A stretch of DNA of 39,863 nucleotides. It comes from Octopus bimaculoides (taxonomy: Eukaryota). Below, piece after piece: positions 23,396 to 35,299 of the stretch (positions within the stretch are counted from its first letter, which is position 1; every line of letters starts with the position of its first letter). The position numbers were made by a program, and so were the translations under genes. The stretch covers positions 64,402,864 to 64,442,726 of the forward strand of contig NC_068986.1 in the NCBI RefSeq assembly GCF_001194135.2. Direction: 5' to 3'. The notes under the pieces are model-generated. The model made no database searches, was not told where the DNA came from, and was given only the letters and a program-made list of their open reading frames with translations.

Positions 23396-23695
23396 GTCAT
23401 AAATATTTCCCAACCCTCTAGGATCTGAGTTAAAATTCGACCAAAGTAGACTTATAATTTTTTTTTTTTACGATTTAGAGTTTACCAATTAAGTACTCTG
23501 GCCAATTCTGAAGTTGGTTAAACGGTCTGTATCATTCCCCTAGAAAGTTTCTAGCCTCGTATCAATGCGATAAATAAATATATATCAACAGGTTAGTGAT
23601 TTGGTATAAAATGGCAACGATAGCTAAAGTCGTAAGGTATTAGAATGTTCCTTTTTATGTCTGATAGGGATGATGTTTACTTCTGTTTTCCAAAG

Positions 23696-23774
23696 ATATA
23701 AGCGGATAAAGCGCTGTTATAAAAACACGTGGGATTATTTTGTATCTGAAACGCCAATGGCAATGGAGTGTCTC
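23696..23774 (+). other. Candidate internal exon (79 nt)
   Basis: Acceptor tttacttctgttttccaaAG, donor CTC|GTAAGT; single open frame YKRIKRCYKNTWDYFVSETPMAMECL; no homology recognised. Confidence 0.25.
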
Positions 23775-24146
23775 GTAAGTCACCTCAAGAGACTTCATTT
23801 TCTTTTGTGTGTATTGTATGTCAGTCAATATGGTCCTACCTTTATAAACTGCAGTCAAGATGTCTCAACAGCACTGAAAGCATACAAAACATGTCCATTT
23901 TTGGACATCTCACTGCTGTGAATATCCATGAAACTATTTAAAAGTTAGGCGAACTGGATCGTCGGTAATTAAGCGTTTTGGCCTTTTTACGCAGAACAAT
24001 AGTGGTGGCACGATATGGACAATAGACAGTCCACGACTCAGTTAATTGATCATTTACGACTATTACGAAGCTTATTGGTGCCATGTTTACGAACAAGACT
24101 TATTATGCAGTACGTACGTAAATGCATTAATGTAAGTAGCAGCACC

Positions 24147-24147
<1 letters not shown>

Positions 24148-24193
<46 letters not shown>

Positions 24194-24225
24194 CAGCAGC
24201 AGCAGTGGCAGTAATAGTAGTAGCA
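24148..24225. repeat. (TAG)n/(CAG)n microsatellite
   Basis: Read directly; gives the poly-Ser in ORF 24015..24248. Confidence 0.9.
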
Positions 24226-24863
24226 GTTTAACGTCAGGTCATCTCTGATTGAGAGGATCTTTCATCAGAGGTGTTCCATCCGTGACCTTCTGCCTTTTTG
24301 TGTTCAGAGGAATAAAGGATAATGATGTTTGTTTATCAAATATTTACCCATATCTTCTGCGTAAATATTTACTCAAATATATACGTCGTAAATATACTCA
24401 TATTGTCTTCAGGAACTGTAGCTTCATGGGTTTTATAAACGTTAATGTCCTTTTCATAGCGTGTCAGAAAAAATATAACAGCAACGATCAAGAATCGTGA
24501 AAGAGAGCTTGCCACTTAAGCTACAGTGTCTACTGACATAAAATGTAATATTAACTAAACCATTAAACTGATATGCTATCAAATATATCGTATTCAAACT
24601 CAATAGTAATATATATAGTAATATATAACTCGTCAGTTAGAACACAGAAAACTGTATAAATTTATCATTTATAAAATATACTGAAGGGAATCCACATTAA
24701 ATATTAACAAGAATGACGGCTTTTTAATCCACATGGAATATGTATTACAGATACAATACTGTCCTCTTCACAATCATGATCACACTCTCCTTCACTGTAA
24801 CCACGATCGCCAGCACTAGGACCAACTTTAACAATATTCTAACGGTAATATAACCACAAATGA

Positions 24864-25432
24864 AGGCGGCGAGCTGGTAGAATCGTTAGCACCCCGGGCG
24901 AAATGCTTAGCGGTATTTTGTCTGTCTTTACGTTCTGAGTTCAAATTCCGCCGAGGTCGACTTTGCCTTTCATCCTTTCAGGTCGATAAATTAACNNNNN
25001 NNNNNNNNNNNNNNNNNTCGTTAGCACCCCGGGCGAAATGCTTAGCGGTATTTTGTCTGTCTTTACGTTCTGAGTTCAAATTCCGCCGAGGTCGACTTTG
25101 CCTTTCATCCTTTCAGGTCGATAAATTAACTACCAGTTGCGTACTGGGGTCAATCTAATTGACTGCCCCCCCAAAAAAATTTCGGGCTTTGTGCCTAGAG
25201 TAGAAAAGAATATAAGCACAAATAAAGGTGGCGAGTCGTTAGCTCACCGGACAAAATGCTTAGCGGTATTTTTCTCCGTGTTGACGTACGGAGTTCAAAT
25301 TCCGCTAAGGCTGACTTTGGCTTTCAGTCTTTCGAGGTCGATAAAATAACTACCAGTTGAGCACTGGAGTCGATTTAATCAACTTTGCTCCTCCTCCGAA
25401 ATTGTTGGCATTGTGCCAAAATTTGAAACCAA
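24864..25432 (+). mobile_element. SINE family B tandem (24864-25210 and 25226-25432)
   Basis: ggcggcgagctggtagaatcgttagc A-box and gagttcaaattcc B-box. 24883-24995 is duplicated identically across the N-gap. Confidence 0.9.
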
Positions 25433-25863
25433 TATAACCAATACACCATCGCCAGCAACAAAAGCAAGCACTTCGTCATAACAATTACTTCAATGTTAAT
25501 ATCTACATTTATCCAAGATTATGTGTCCTAAATTAAAGAAAAATCCATTGAATCTAGCCCAGTAGATGATTGGTAACTCTCGTGGGGTGAAAAGCAAAGT
25601 TATCTTTGACCTTACTAAATACTGGAGGTGTTAGAGAGTACGTACGGTAGAGCGACGAACAAAACGATTCACAGTATTTCGTTTTATCCCTGTATGTTGT
25701 GATTGGAATTCCACTGAGGCTAACTGCATCTTTCATCAACTCTAGAATCAATACAATTAGTATAAGCCATACACGAAAATCAACTCACTGACCCGTGCGA
25801 CTATGTTCCTCCGCAAATTATAGAGGTTTCCATTATTGCGAAATCAATATTAGAAACCTTTAA

Positions 25864-26080
25864 CGCGGCGAGTTGTCAGATACGTTAGCACACCGGGCAA
25901 AATGCTTAGCGGTATTTCGCCAATCTTTATGTTCTGAGTTCTAATTCCAACGAGATCAACTTTACCTTTCATCCTTTTGGGGTCGATAAAATAAGTAGCA
26001 GTTGAGCACCGGAGTAGAAGTGAATGACGTACCCCCTCCCTTGAAATTGCTGCTTTTTGCCAAAATTTGAAACCAACATT
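25864..26080 (+). mobile_element. SINE family B
   Basis: gcggcgagttgtcagatacgttagcacaccgggcaaaatgcttagcggtattt...ccaaaatttgaaacca. Confidence 0.88.
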
Positions 26081-26121
26081 AGAAACGTTTACAATAACTT
26101 CCATAAGAATATCAACAAATA

Positions 26122-26230
26122 TGGGCGCACTAGGGCGAATGTCTTCTACTTCTACTATAGCCGAAGGTTGACTAATACCTTGTGAATGGAACTTGGTATA
26201 CGTAAACTGTGCAAAAACCTGTTTTGTGTG
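26122..26230 (+). mobile_element. SINE family A fragment
   Basis: gggc.aatgtcttctact...ccttgtgaatgga; degenerate. Confidence 0.6.
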
Positions 26231-27944
26231 CGTATATATGAGCGCCCGCGTGTTTGTGTGTGTATGTTTGAAAACATGTATAGATATACATAGACATCAC
26301 ACGCATACACCACACATATGCACAAACACGCACACACACACCTCAGTATGCACATTGTAGATTTATATATCAGCGTAGTGTATAAACATCGACGAAAAAT
26401 TGAAATAATGAAACAAAAATAAATAAATAAAACAAAAATAAAACGGTACTTTACTAAAGATGTTCCTTGCATCGGGTTTCTTGACTCAGAGACGTCGTGA
26501 TCCAGTGATTGGTTCCTTAGAAACTTTTAACTAAGCTCTTTATTGTTTACTAATTGCTATATAAATTATATTCACGAGATTAAACATCTGCAATGTTCCT
26601 ACTTGATATTCTTTGAGCGTTCACTACTCGAGTAACACTACCATAACAGCTAGAGTATCAATAAAATAAAACAAATAATAACAGCAGCAAAACAGCTACA
26701 ACATCAATAGCTACAACGATAACAACAACTGTAGCAACAAGACATTCTAGCTCTGATTTCATACAACAAACACAACCGATTTGTAAGCGACCTCTGTCCC
26801 AATGCATTGTAAGGGAATCTAAAAAATGTAGTTTAAGTATTCTAATTTATTCTCATCAAGCTTTTATATTTTCCTTTCTAAATGAAATATTATCCAATGT
26901 TGTCAATGAAAGGACAGTTGTAAATTACGTAACAGAACCAACCCTTAAAGCAAGCAGAAACCTGTTAGTGTTTGCGTAAATAATAACTAGCTCTTAAAGT
27001 TGAAGGTCCTGCACATAAAACTTAGGATATTTTACAATGAGGTGAAATATATTACAGCATTAATCACTTATGATTCGGTTATTGATGTCTTTTGAATTAA
27101 CGCAAGCTTCAGGTTTATTAAACAGTAGAAATCATATGTCGTTATGCTAATGCATTTCGTAGGGCACGGAGATTAGAAGCGTGTGTAAAATAAAATGAAT
27201 TCAACCGAGAAGCAAAGCCAAGTCATAGATTTAGTTGCTGTGGTGGCAATTACACGCATACACACAGCAACAAATCTAAGGATTACAATAATATAAAAAT
27301 CATGGAACAAGGAAACGGTAGCAATATAATGCTAGAAATAACAGTCATATATCCCTCAAATTCATACCCTGCCGTCTTAAAAAATAAAAAGAGTAGTATA
27401 TTCGACTTTGTAAAGTTTCTGCCATGCTGAAACAGGCTCATTTAATTTAGGGCGTACTTGGAAACAACGACAATAACAACCGTGGTATCAGTACTTGTTG
27501 GTAAAAATGTATTTGTATGTTTACAGAATTCAAGCAAACTGAATAGAGGATAGGAGATGAACTCTGAGCAGACACGGCATGTTGTGCATAACAAATTAAA
27601 ACAATAAATATTAACTATCGGATACAAGAAATGATTTCTACTTCATTAATGCTTGACATTTACTGTATAATTCAAACAATAGTTAATATTTCGGTGTTAG
27701 AGAGTTACCGTATCTCCTGCCTTTCAGCCTCGATTACAGCATTAATCACTTATGATCTTTAAACCATGTACCGTGGACGAAACTCCGAGATGCATTAAAT
27801 CATGCCATAAAGACGGAGTAATGTCTGTCTACCTCAGTGTCATACTAGTCAATATAGAATGTAACGTCGTATACATTAGGTGACTGGCCTAATTTTCAAA
27901 GACATATCTCAAGTGAATACATAAAGGTGGAAAATAAAACGTCA

Positions 27945-27947
27945 CAC

Positions 27948-28022
<75 letters not shown>

Positions 28023-28082
28023 GACAGACAGACAGACAGACAGGCAGACAGACAGACACAGACACACAGACAAACACACACA
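27945..28082. repeat. (CA)n/(CAGA)n microsatellite
   Basis: Read directly. Confidence 0.95.
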
Positions 28083-28784
28083 CATACGTATATGCGTGTG
28101 CATGCGTATATGCAAATGCAACTCTAAAAATATACAAACGTATTCGTATAGTACTATGTTATATATATAATAGTGTGCTAAGTGCGTGCGAAGATATGCT
28201 GCAGCTAACTCCGGCCGGTTACTGTAGAGAATTGTGCATGCGTTAACGGAAGTCCTTTGCAAACATGTATTTAAAAAAAAATAACCCTGGATGTAATCAT
28301 TAAATTTAACTCCTGCAATAGCCACTCTTCATACTTTTTAAACGTTTGCCACTTCGATTACACTGCCGCGGCAAGTGCATCGATTAATCAAAAGATATAA
28401 CGGCAGTAGCAATAACATGAAAAACTTTTGCAAGAAGATAACCTAACTCTGATTTCATATTACAACATACGAACGATTTTCATGCAAACATTGCTTCAAT
28501 GTATTCAAATAGAATCTCTATGATATAGGTGTTCTAATTTATTTTCATCAAGCGGATTTTTTTTCCATTGTAGAGAACACCAACGTTAGAAGAAACAATG
28601 CTATGAAATATACTTAGTAAATGCACAGAAGAGCCTCTGGCGAGGCTCAAGGTCTTAATTGTATATGTTAACGGGGATGTAATTACCCGACTCTAACACT
28701 TTCCTAACCGTTAAATTGTTTGTAACTTTGAACATATTTGGCTGCAAATAACAAAAAGTAATTATAGTTTGCTTCATAAGCTAC

Positions 28785-29460
28785 AATAGCTATATTTACA
28801 GGTAAATATTCACCAAATACTATAATTATTTGTAAATAACTTCAAAGATAACATTTACCGCCAAATGGGACAAGACCTATATCTAACTGTAAACAAATAC
28901 AAAGATTATATTTAACTGTAAATTCTACTTAACTGTAAATAACCGAAGTCTAGCAATTAACTACGAGGACTATATGCGACCATGAAAATATTTACCGGAA
29001 AATAACCTCAAAAATGATTCACTTACTAATAAAAGACCCACATAAGCTATATTGAGGTGCAATTAGCCACAAAGATAATTGCATCTGAATATACAAGTAG
29101 ATGGCGAATTCACCATTCACCTGTAAATAGCGACTAAAACTATATATCTTCATGTAAATTGCCACAAAGACTATATTTACATGGGAATAACAGGAAAGAA
29201 TATATTACAATGTAAAAGAAAGTACAAAATAATTAGAAAAGAATTGTATTCTTATTCCAGAATATCAAAGGTCCACATTGACTTCAAAATATATCCAATT
29301 GCAAGACATTTTTTATGATAACCGTATTTATAGCCTTAAATATATAGGAAAATACAAGAGAAATGAAAGCTTTCCGAAAGGTCAAATAAATTGTAATTTC
29401 GAATTTGCTTTCAAATAATCACAAAGACCATATTTATCTTCAGATAGCCACGAAGACTAT
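28785..29460. repeat. Degenerate about 29-bp minisatellite (consensus near CTGTAAATAGCCACAAAGACTATATTTAC)
   Basis: Phase visible at 28790-28925 and again at 29120-29185 and 29405-29460. Confidence 0.7.
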
Positions 29461-29849
29461 CTTGCAATGCGCAAAAGCGGAGAGTTGTGTGTGTGGGAAG
29501 GCAGGGGAATAAAAAAATCAACAAAGCAAAACAAGCTCTGTTCCGGCTATACAATGTCCAGTATTCATGTTCATTTTAAGGTATAAACGATGCCAAGATA
29601 TTTTAGCGATAATTGTAATTCTAACTCAAAGTGTATGGGAAAATAAAAGAGGTGGAGAACGAAAAACAAAACGGCAACTGGACACTATTTATATGTATAT
29701 ACACGATTAAAAAATGATTTATGTAATATATATTCCACAGGAATGAATATTACAGAATTGTGAAAAACTGCGTCATAATAACAAGCTGGTTCAGTCGCAC
29801 ATGACAGATGCCATTTCCGAGTATATGATGGATTCCTAAAATAAGTGCC

Positions 29850-29888
29850 TGACACACACGAACACACACACCACACACACACACACAT

Positions 29889-29940
<52 letters not shown>

Positions 29941-30008
29941 NNNNNNNNNNNNNNNNNNNNNNNNNNNNNNNNNNNNNNNNNNNNNNNNNNNNNNNNNNNN
30001 NNNNNNNN

Positions 30009-30072
<64 letters not shown>

Positions 30073-30125
30073 ACACACAGAGACTTACTCACACACATAC
30101 ATGCACATACATTCGCACACACATA
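29850..30125. repeat. (CA)n microsatellite spanning N-gap 29941-30008
   Basis: Read directly. Confidence 0.95.
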
Positions 30126-30399
30126 TTCACACTTACGTATACGCATATGTGACGAATCCTCCGTCGATGACGACGATAAATCTTCAATTGTTCGATTGAA
30201 TGAATGTAAAACTCGTTAAATTAACTGTATGTGGTTGAGTATTTCGCCGTCACGTGCAGCTTAAACATCATTCACAAATCAAATCAGTGTAACACAATAC
30301 GTGACAAGACTGGAGCTGATACAGACCGACCATTCGACGAACTTATTAAATTTAACCCCTGCAATAGCCACTCTTCATACTTTTTCAACGTTTGCCAAT

Positions 30400-30520
30400 T
30401 TCTCAATTCCACTCACAAAGTACGGATTCGAACAGAGTCTATGGTAGTTAAGTTGCTGCATATTGGGATGGAAACCCAAAATTCATGATCAGGAAGCGAA
30501 CTTTTCACTCAGCCATACCA
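30400..30520 (-). mobile_element. SINE family A head, very degenerate
   Basis: Minus strand ggtatggctgagtgaaaagttcgcttcc...ctttgtgagtgga. Confidence 0.5.
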
Positions 30521-30546
30521 CCAAATACACCCCCCCACACACACAC

Positions 30547-32562
30547 TCTACCAGATCGGGAGCCACATTGAGATTCAGATAGGACATCATTTACGAGACT
30601 CCCATTCAAATGGATAAGAAGAACATTTGCTAGAACCTTGCCAGCAGCTGATAATAGAGCAATACCTCTGTAGTTGCCACACATTATTCTAGCACCTTTT
30701 CCTTTATAGAAAGGAAGAATAGTTGCATCCTTCCAGTCCTTAGACATTGCACCATCCCTCCAGACTACACTAACAGGTTCATAAAAAGATTGTATGATGT
30801 AATCACCACCAAATCGCAAGACCTCAGCATGAATTCCATCCTTTCCAGGTGCCCTACCAAGATTCAATTTACTTATTGATGTCATTACTTCATCTGTTGA
30901 GGGCGTGGAGTTTAAGGAGCCGATGACAGGTCTTTGTTGCATAGTATCAATTACTGTTTCATCCACAACTGACTCATGGTTTAGGAGTTCAGAGAAGTGT
31001 TCAATCCAGTGACCTGTGATTTCTGTTGATTTAGTGAACAGAGTGGAAAACTCCTTGGAAAGCAAAGGAGCTGATGTGGAGCTTTTAGGCCCATAAGCTT
31101 GCTTCATAAGATGGTAAAGCTTCTTGCTGTCATTTGCATCAGTAGCAGCCTGAACATCACAAGCAAGATCCTCCCACCAAGTGTTCTGCATCTTCCTGAG
31201 AGATCGCTGCAGTAGTGATTTTACACTGCTATATTGGGCAAGTGCTAGATTTCGCTGCACAGCAGAGAGTCCTCTGTGTAGCAATACATTGTGGGCATGG
31301 TGCTTTACCACCAATAGTCACTGAACTTCAGCATCATTTTCATCAAACCAGTCTCTGTATCTGGCAGTAGCATATCCTAGTGTTTCAGCAGCACATTGAA
31401 GAACCTGGTCTCGAAAATCTTCCCATGCTGCAATATTTTTAATGCTGGACAAGCGAGTCTGAAGCTCTTTCCTCATCACAGCATCATATATGTTTCTTCA
31501 CAGTATCATATATATTCAGACGCCGAGGAATGCTGAATGGTCCTGAAACTTTGCTCTATAATTAAATCATTGCATGATGGGATGGAGGCTTGGGTCAATG
31601 TTGGTGGTGGCATGGTGGGACCCATTCCTGTAGAGAATGGTGTTAAGCAGGGGAACATCCTTGCCCCAACTCTCTTTTCTTTGTACTTTGCTGCTGCTTT
31701 TACTCATGCTTTTGCTAAGGTTAGCTCTTTGGGAATATATGTCAGATACCGATTTTCTGGCTGCCTCTTTAATCTGCGCCGATTTGCTGCCAATTCAAAA
31801 GTTCTCCAGTCTATTATTCATGATCTCCTTTATGCAGATGACTGTGACATAATCATTCATACAGTGGATGACATGCAAATATTCATGAATTGTATTTCTG
31901 CTTCTTGCAAGGCATTTGGACTCAGCATTAGCCTGGACCAGACTGTTGTAATGTTCCAGCCTGCACTAGGAAATCAGAGATGTCTCAGACACATTCTCAA
32001 TGTTGGCTAGACTTTAAAAATTCCAGACACACTGGTCCTGAGGACAGCTGATATCTTGAGTATTGAGGTGATGGTGCATAAGCACCGGTTATGTTGGACT
32101 GGACACCTTATTAGAATGAAAGATAGCAGGATCCCTAAGCAGATGCTATATGGAGAACTTGTGAATGGAAAGAGACCCCAGCAGAAACCAAGGCTGCAAT
32201 TTAAGGACTGTGTCAAGTCCTCATTAAAGGCCTGTGATATGCAGGAGACTGACTGGGAGAACAATGCCTGTCATTGTCACAGACAGAGGAAGCAGATTAA
32301 GGAGGGGTGTCGGCACTTTTGCGAGAGCATGTATTCAGCATGAAGAACTTAAGCGTGCTGCATGAAAGTGCGTGACTGGTGTAGTGAATGGGGAAAGCTT
32401 GATCTGCAATGTTTGCAGTCGTGTATGCTTGTCAAGAGTAGGGCTTATTAGCCACCAACGGAGCTGCAAATGCAAAATAAAAGTTAGTCCTAGAGTGCAC
32501 AATGTTCCTGAAGGTCAGCAATGGTCTTCTTCAGTCACAAGTGGATGGCCATCAACATGATG
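30547..32562. mobile_element. RTE-clade LINE (copy 2) with inverted 5' segment: 30547-31540 minus, 31541-32562 plus
   Basis: Minus part: IPRRLNI, RDWFDEND, NYRGIALLS, SESQCGSRSGR. Plus part: SIIKSLHDGM, GVKQGNILAPTLF, LLYADDCD, LCWTGHLIRM, one CX2CX12HX3C finger (32405-32467) and a 3' UTR. About 100 codons are missing near 31975. Confidence 0.92.
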
Positions 32563-32566
32563 TATA

Positions 32567-33948
32567 TCTATAATATAAATTGAAGTTGGCCGAGCGTTGT
32601 ATTCTTTCTTGTCTTGAGGTTCACAGTCAAACGGCTGGGTGGATTCGCGTGAAAAATAGCACACATGTGGAGACGGGTGCATAGACTGGAATGCGCTTTC
32701 TATTTTTTCCTAGCCCCATACTTACTGAGAAAATCGATTAAAACAACCTGCATGCATGTATGTAAGTGTGTGTCACTGAAGCCATTCATACATATGTACT
32801 TATAAAAATAAATAAACTGAATGATAAATTTCATTTATCTCTCTCTCTCTCATATACACATACACCATCAACATTACTCTCTCTGTTGCGCACACCCCAT
32901 CAAACATACACACTCACACACACAGACATACGCATGCACATCAATTCTCCCCCCTCACCACAACTTCAAAAGAAGTTCAGTCATAAAGCTGTCTATATCT
33001 CTTCATTCGATGCCCACTTCAAAAGATCACCTTCCCTTTTCACTTGTCTGGCCATTGATCGACAGATAAAACAAACCAACTCCTGCTAAATGCAAAAATC
33101 CCGCCAAAAATCCCGCCAAAAATCCCGCCAAAAATCCCGCCAAAAATACACACACATACACACGCAAACGGACATTTCATGTCTTTCAGTTTCTCTATGA
33201 TTATACATGTCAAAAACAATAGCTCATTTTAATCTTCAACAGGTATGTATCAATTTCTATAATATAAATTGTTTTTCTATAAGTGTGTAACAATTACTTA
33301 TTCCATACTTCACTTTTCTTAAATTGGATACATCTGCTATTAATTCTTACACACAATTTTCCCGTTCATTCTTACAGCTTAATTTTCTGTTAAAGCAATT
33401 CTTAACATCAACTTCTTCACATAATACACAGAATTCTTACATTAATACAGTAGGGTGTTTTGAGGGAGATTTGGCTGCTATTTCTACCAGGTCTACCTAC
33501 CATGTAGAGGTCTGAACTTATTTTTCATTCACTGATTTGCATTTCAAATGTTATTCTGCCATTAACACCAGTTGCTTTCTCTCTCACATACACCCACACT
33601 CACACACATGCACGTCCATTTCATATATCTTTCAATTTCTGCTCTCTGCAAATAAAATTTTTATGGATAAAACTGCTTACAAAAATTGTGATTAATGTAT
33701 AATTTCTTTCTATGTTCATAATTAAATAAATCTTTTAATGATTAGACAGATGTTCTATAGAATAGCTCTCACAAACAGACTACATACAATTTCTTTCTTC
33801 ACAACTCCTGAAGCCATTTTCTGAGGATCAAATTGAAACGGGACACGAAATGATCAGGTTGAGAAACACTGTTATAGATTATGCCTAACCGAAAACAATC
33901 ACAGCCACATCATCCAAACAGACTAGGTGAAACTGGGTTTAGCTGCTA

Positions 33949-33949
<1 letters not shown>
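32567..33949 (+). mobile_element. Non-autonomous Helitron, both termini present
   Basis: A|TCTATAATATAAA 5' end; aaacggctg...gtgaaa..gcacacatgt subterminal block parallel to Helitron 1; decayed hairpin CTAG-GTGAAA-CTGG then CTAG|T at 33946-33950; no TSD. Confidence 0.7.
33094..33141 (+). repeat. Four perfect copies of the 12-mer AAAAATCCCGCC
   Basis: Read directly. Confidence 0.95.

Positions 33950-34020
<71 letters not shown>
33950..34020. repeat. (TA)n microsatellite
   Basis: Read directly. Confidence 0.95.
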
Positions 34021-34025
<5 letters not shown>

Positions 34026-34599
34026 TATAAGAAATTAAGAAATTAACTATTTTTCTATATTTTCTCAACCTTTTCAAAATTTTTCATTCATTTTATATGA
34101 TTTTATCTGTTCATATTTTATAATTTAGTTATACCAACTTTTTTCCATCCTAGCATTTTCCCTTGTAAAGTATCTTTGCTTTTAAATGATATTTAAAATG
34201 ATGTAGATTTTTCTAATTACACGGTTTATGTATATATTAATTTGTATAGCTTGTGTATCATGTGGTTTTTGTATTGTGCCAACATTTATGACCATTTGTG
34301 AAATTTGTGTTCTTTGTAAAATGTTTTACCTTTTTCCTTATATTCATTTTTACAAATTCATTTAAATTTGATATCCCTATTTTCATTTTCCATCACATGA
34401 TCCCAGATTTTCACAATTTTAACAATTTGTACATTGTACTGTTGACTCATTTTTATATTTTATTTTCATTTTTATTTTATTTTATTTTATTTCACCTATC
34501 AAGGTGGTATTTTCCATTAGACATGCTTTATCTTTGTGCCGGTTCTAAACTGTTCCTCTATTTAAACTAAAGTTTTTGAGAGTATAGTGTGAGTGGTGT

Positions 34600-34657
34600 C
34601 TGATGAACGTATGCATATGAGAAACTATTGCGATAAGTACATGTAGTTGAAACGTTT
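34600..34657 (+). ncRNA. Degenerate hammerhead relic
   Basis: CTGATGA ... GAAACGTT after a 550-bp T-rich tract; stem I absent and stem II irregular. Confidence 0.3.
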
Positions 34658-34681
34658 AGTAATATATAAATATATATATTA

Positions 34682-34821
34682 TAGGCACAGGAGTGGCTGT
34701 GTGGTAAGTAGCTTACTTACCAACCACATGGCTCTGGGTTCCGTCCCACTGCATGGCATCTTGGGCAAGTGTCTGCTACTATAGCCTCGGTAAATGGAAA
34801 CTGAAAGAAGCCCATCGTGTG

Positions 34822-34856
<35 letters not shown>

Positions 34857-35080
34857 ATGTATATGTATATGCATGTGTGTCTGTTTTTGTCCCCCAACAT
34901 TGCTTGACAACCGATGCGGGTGTGTTTACATCCCTGTAACTTAGTGGTTCGGCAAAAGTGACCAATAAAATAAGTACTAGGCTTACAAATAATAAGTCCT
35001 GGGGTCAAGCAAATGCTCGACTAAAGGCAGTGCTTCAGCATGGCCGCAATCAAATGACTGAAACAAGTAAAAAAAAAAGA
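34682..35080 (+). mobile_element. SINE family A, full length
   Basis: ggagtggctgtgtggtaag A-box, gggttccgtccc B-box, internal microsatellite and canonical 3' end. Confidence 0.92.
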
Positions 35081-35252
35081 ATAATATATATATACAGCAT
35101 GCATGGCTATGTAGTTTCAGATTCAGTCTCAGTCTAGCCAAAGCCTTATTAATCAATTTAGTAGATAGAAACTTAAAAAAGCATGTTGTATGTATATATA
35201 TATATATATNNNNNNNNNNNNNNNNNNNNNNNNNNNNNNNNNNNNNNNNNNN

Positions 35253-35293
<41 letters not shown>

Positions 35294-35299
35294 ATATCA

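Noticed and set aside
24864-24945. tRNA genes at SINE heads (also 16732, 34682)
   Set aside because: A/B boxes are present but they continue into SINE bodies, and no full cloverleaf forms.
24883-25130. 113-bp tandem duplication within SINE B
   Set aside because: Identical copies flanking a 22-N gap; assembly artefact.
28785-29460. CRISPR array interpretation of the palindromic 29-bp units
   Set aside because: Units are directly adjacent without spacers, degenerate, and the context is eukaryotic.
33821-33875. Hammerhead-like CTGAGGA...GAAACACTGTT in Helitron 2
   Set aside because: Stem II only 4 bp, stem I poor, GUU site; likely chance.
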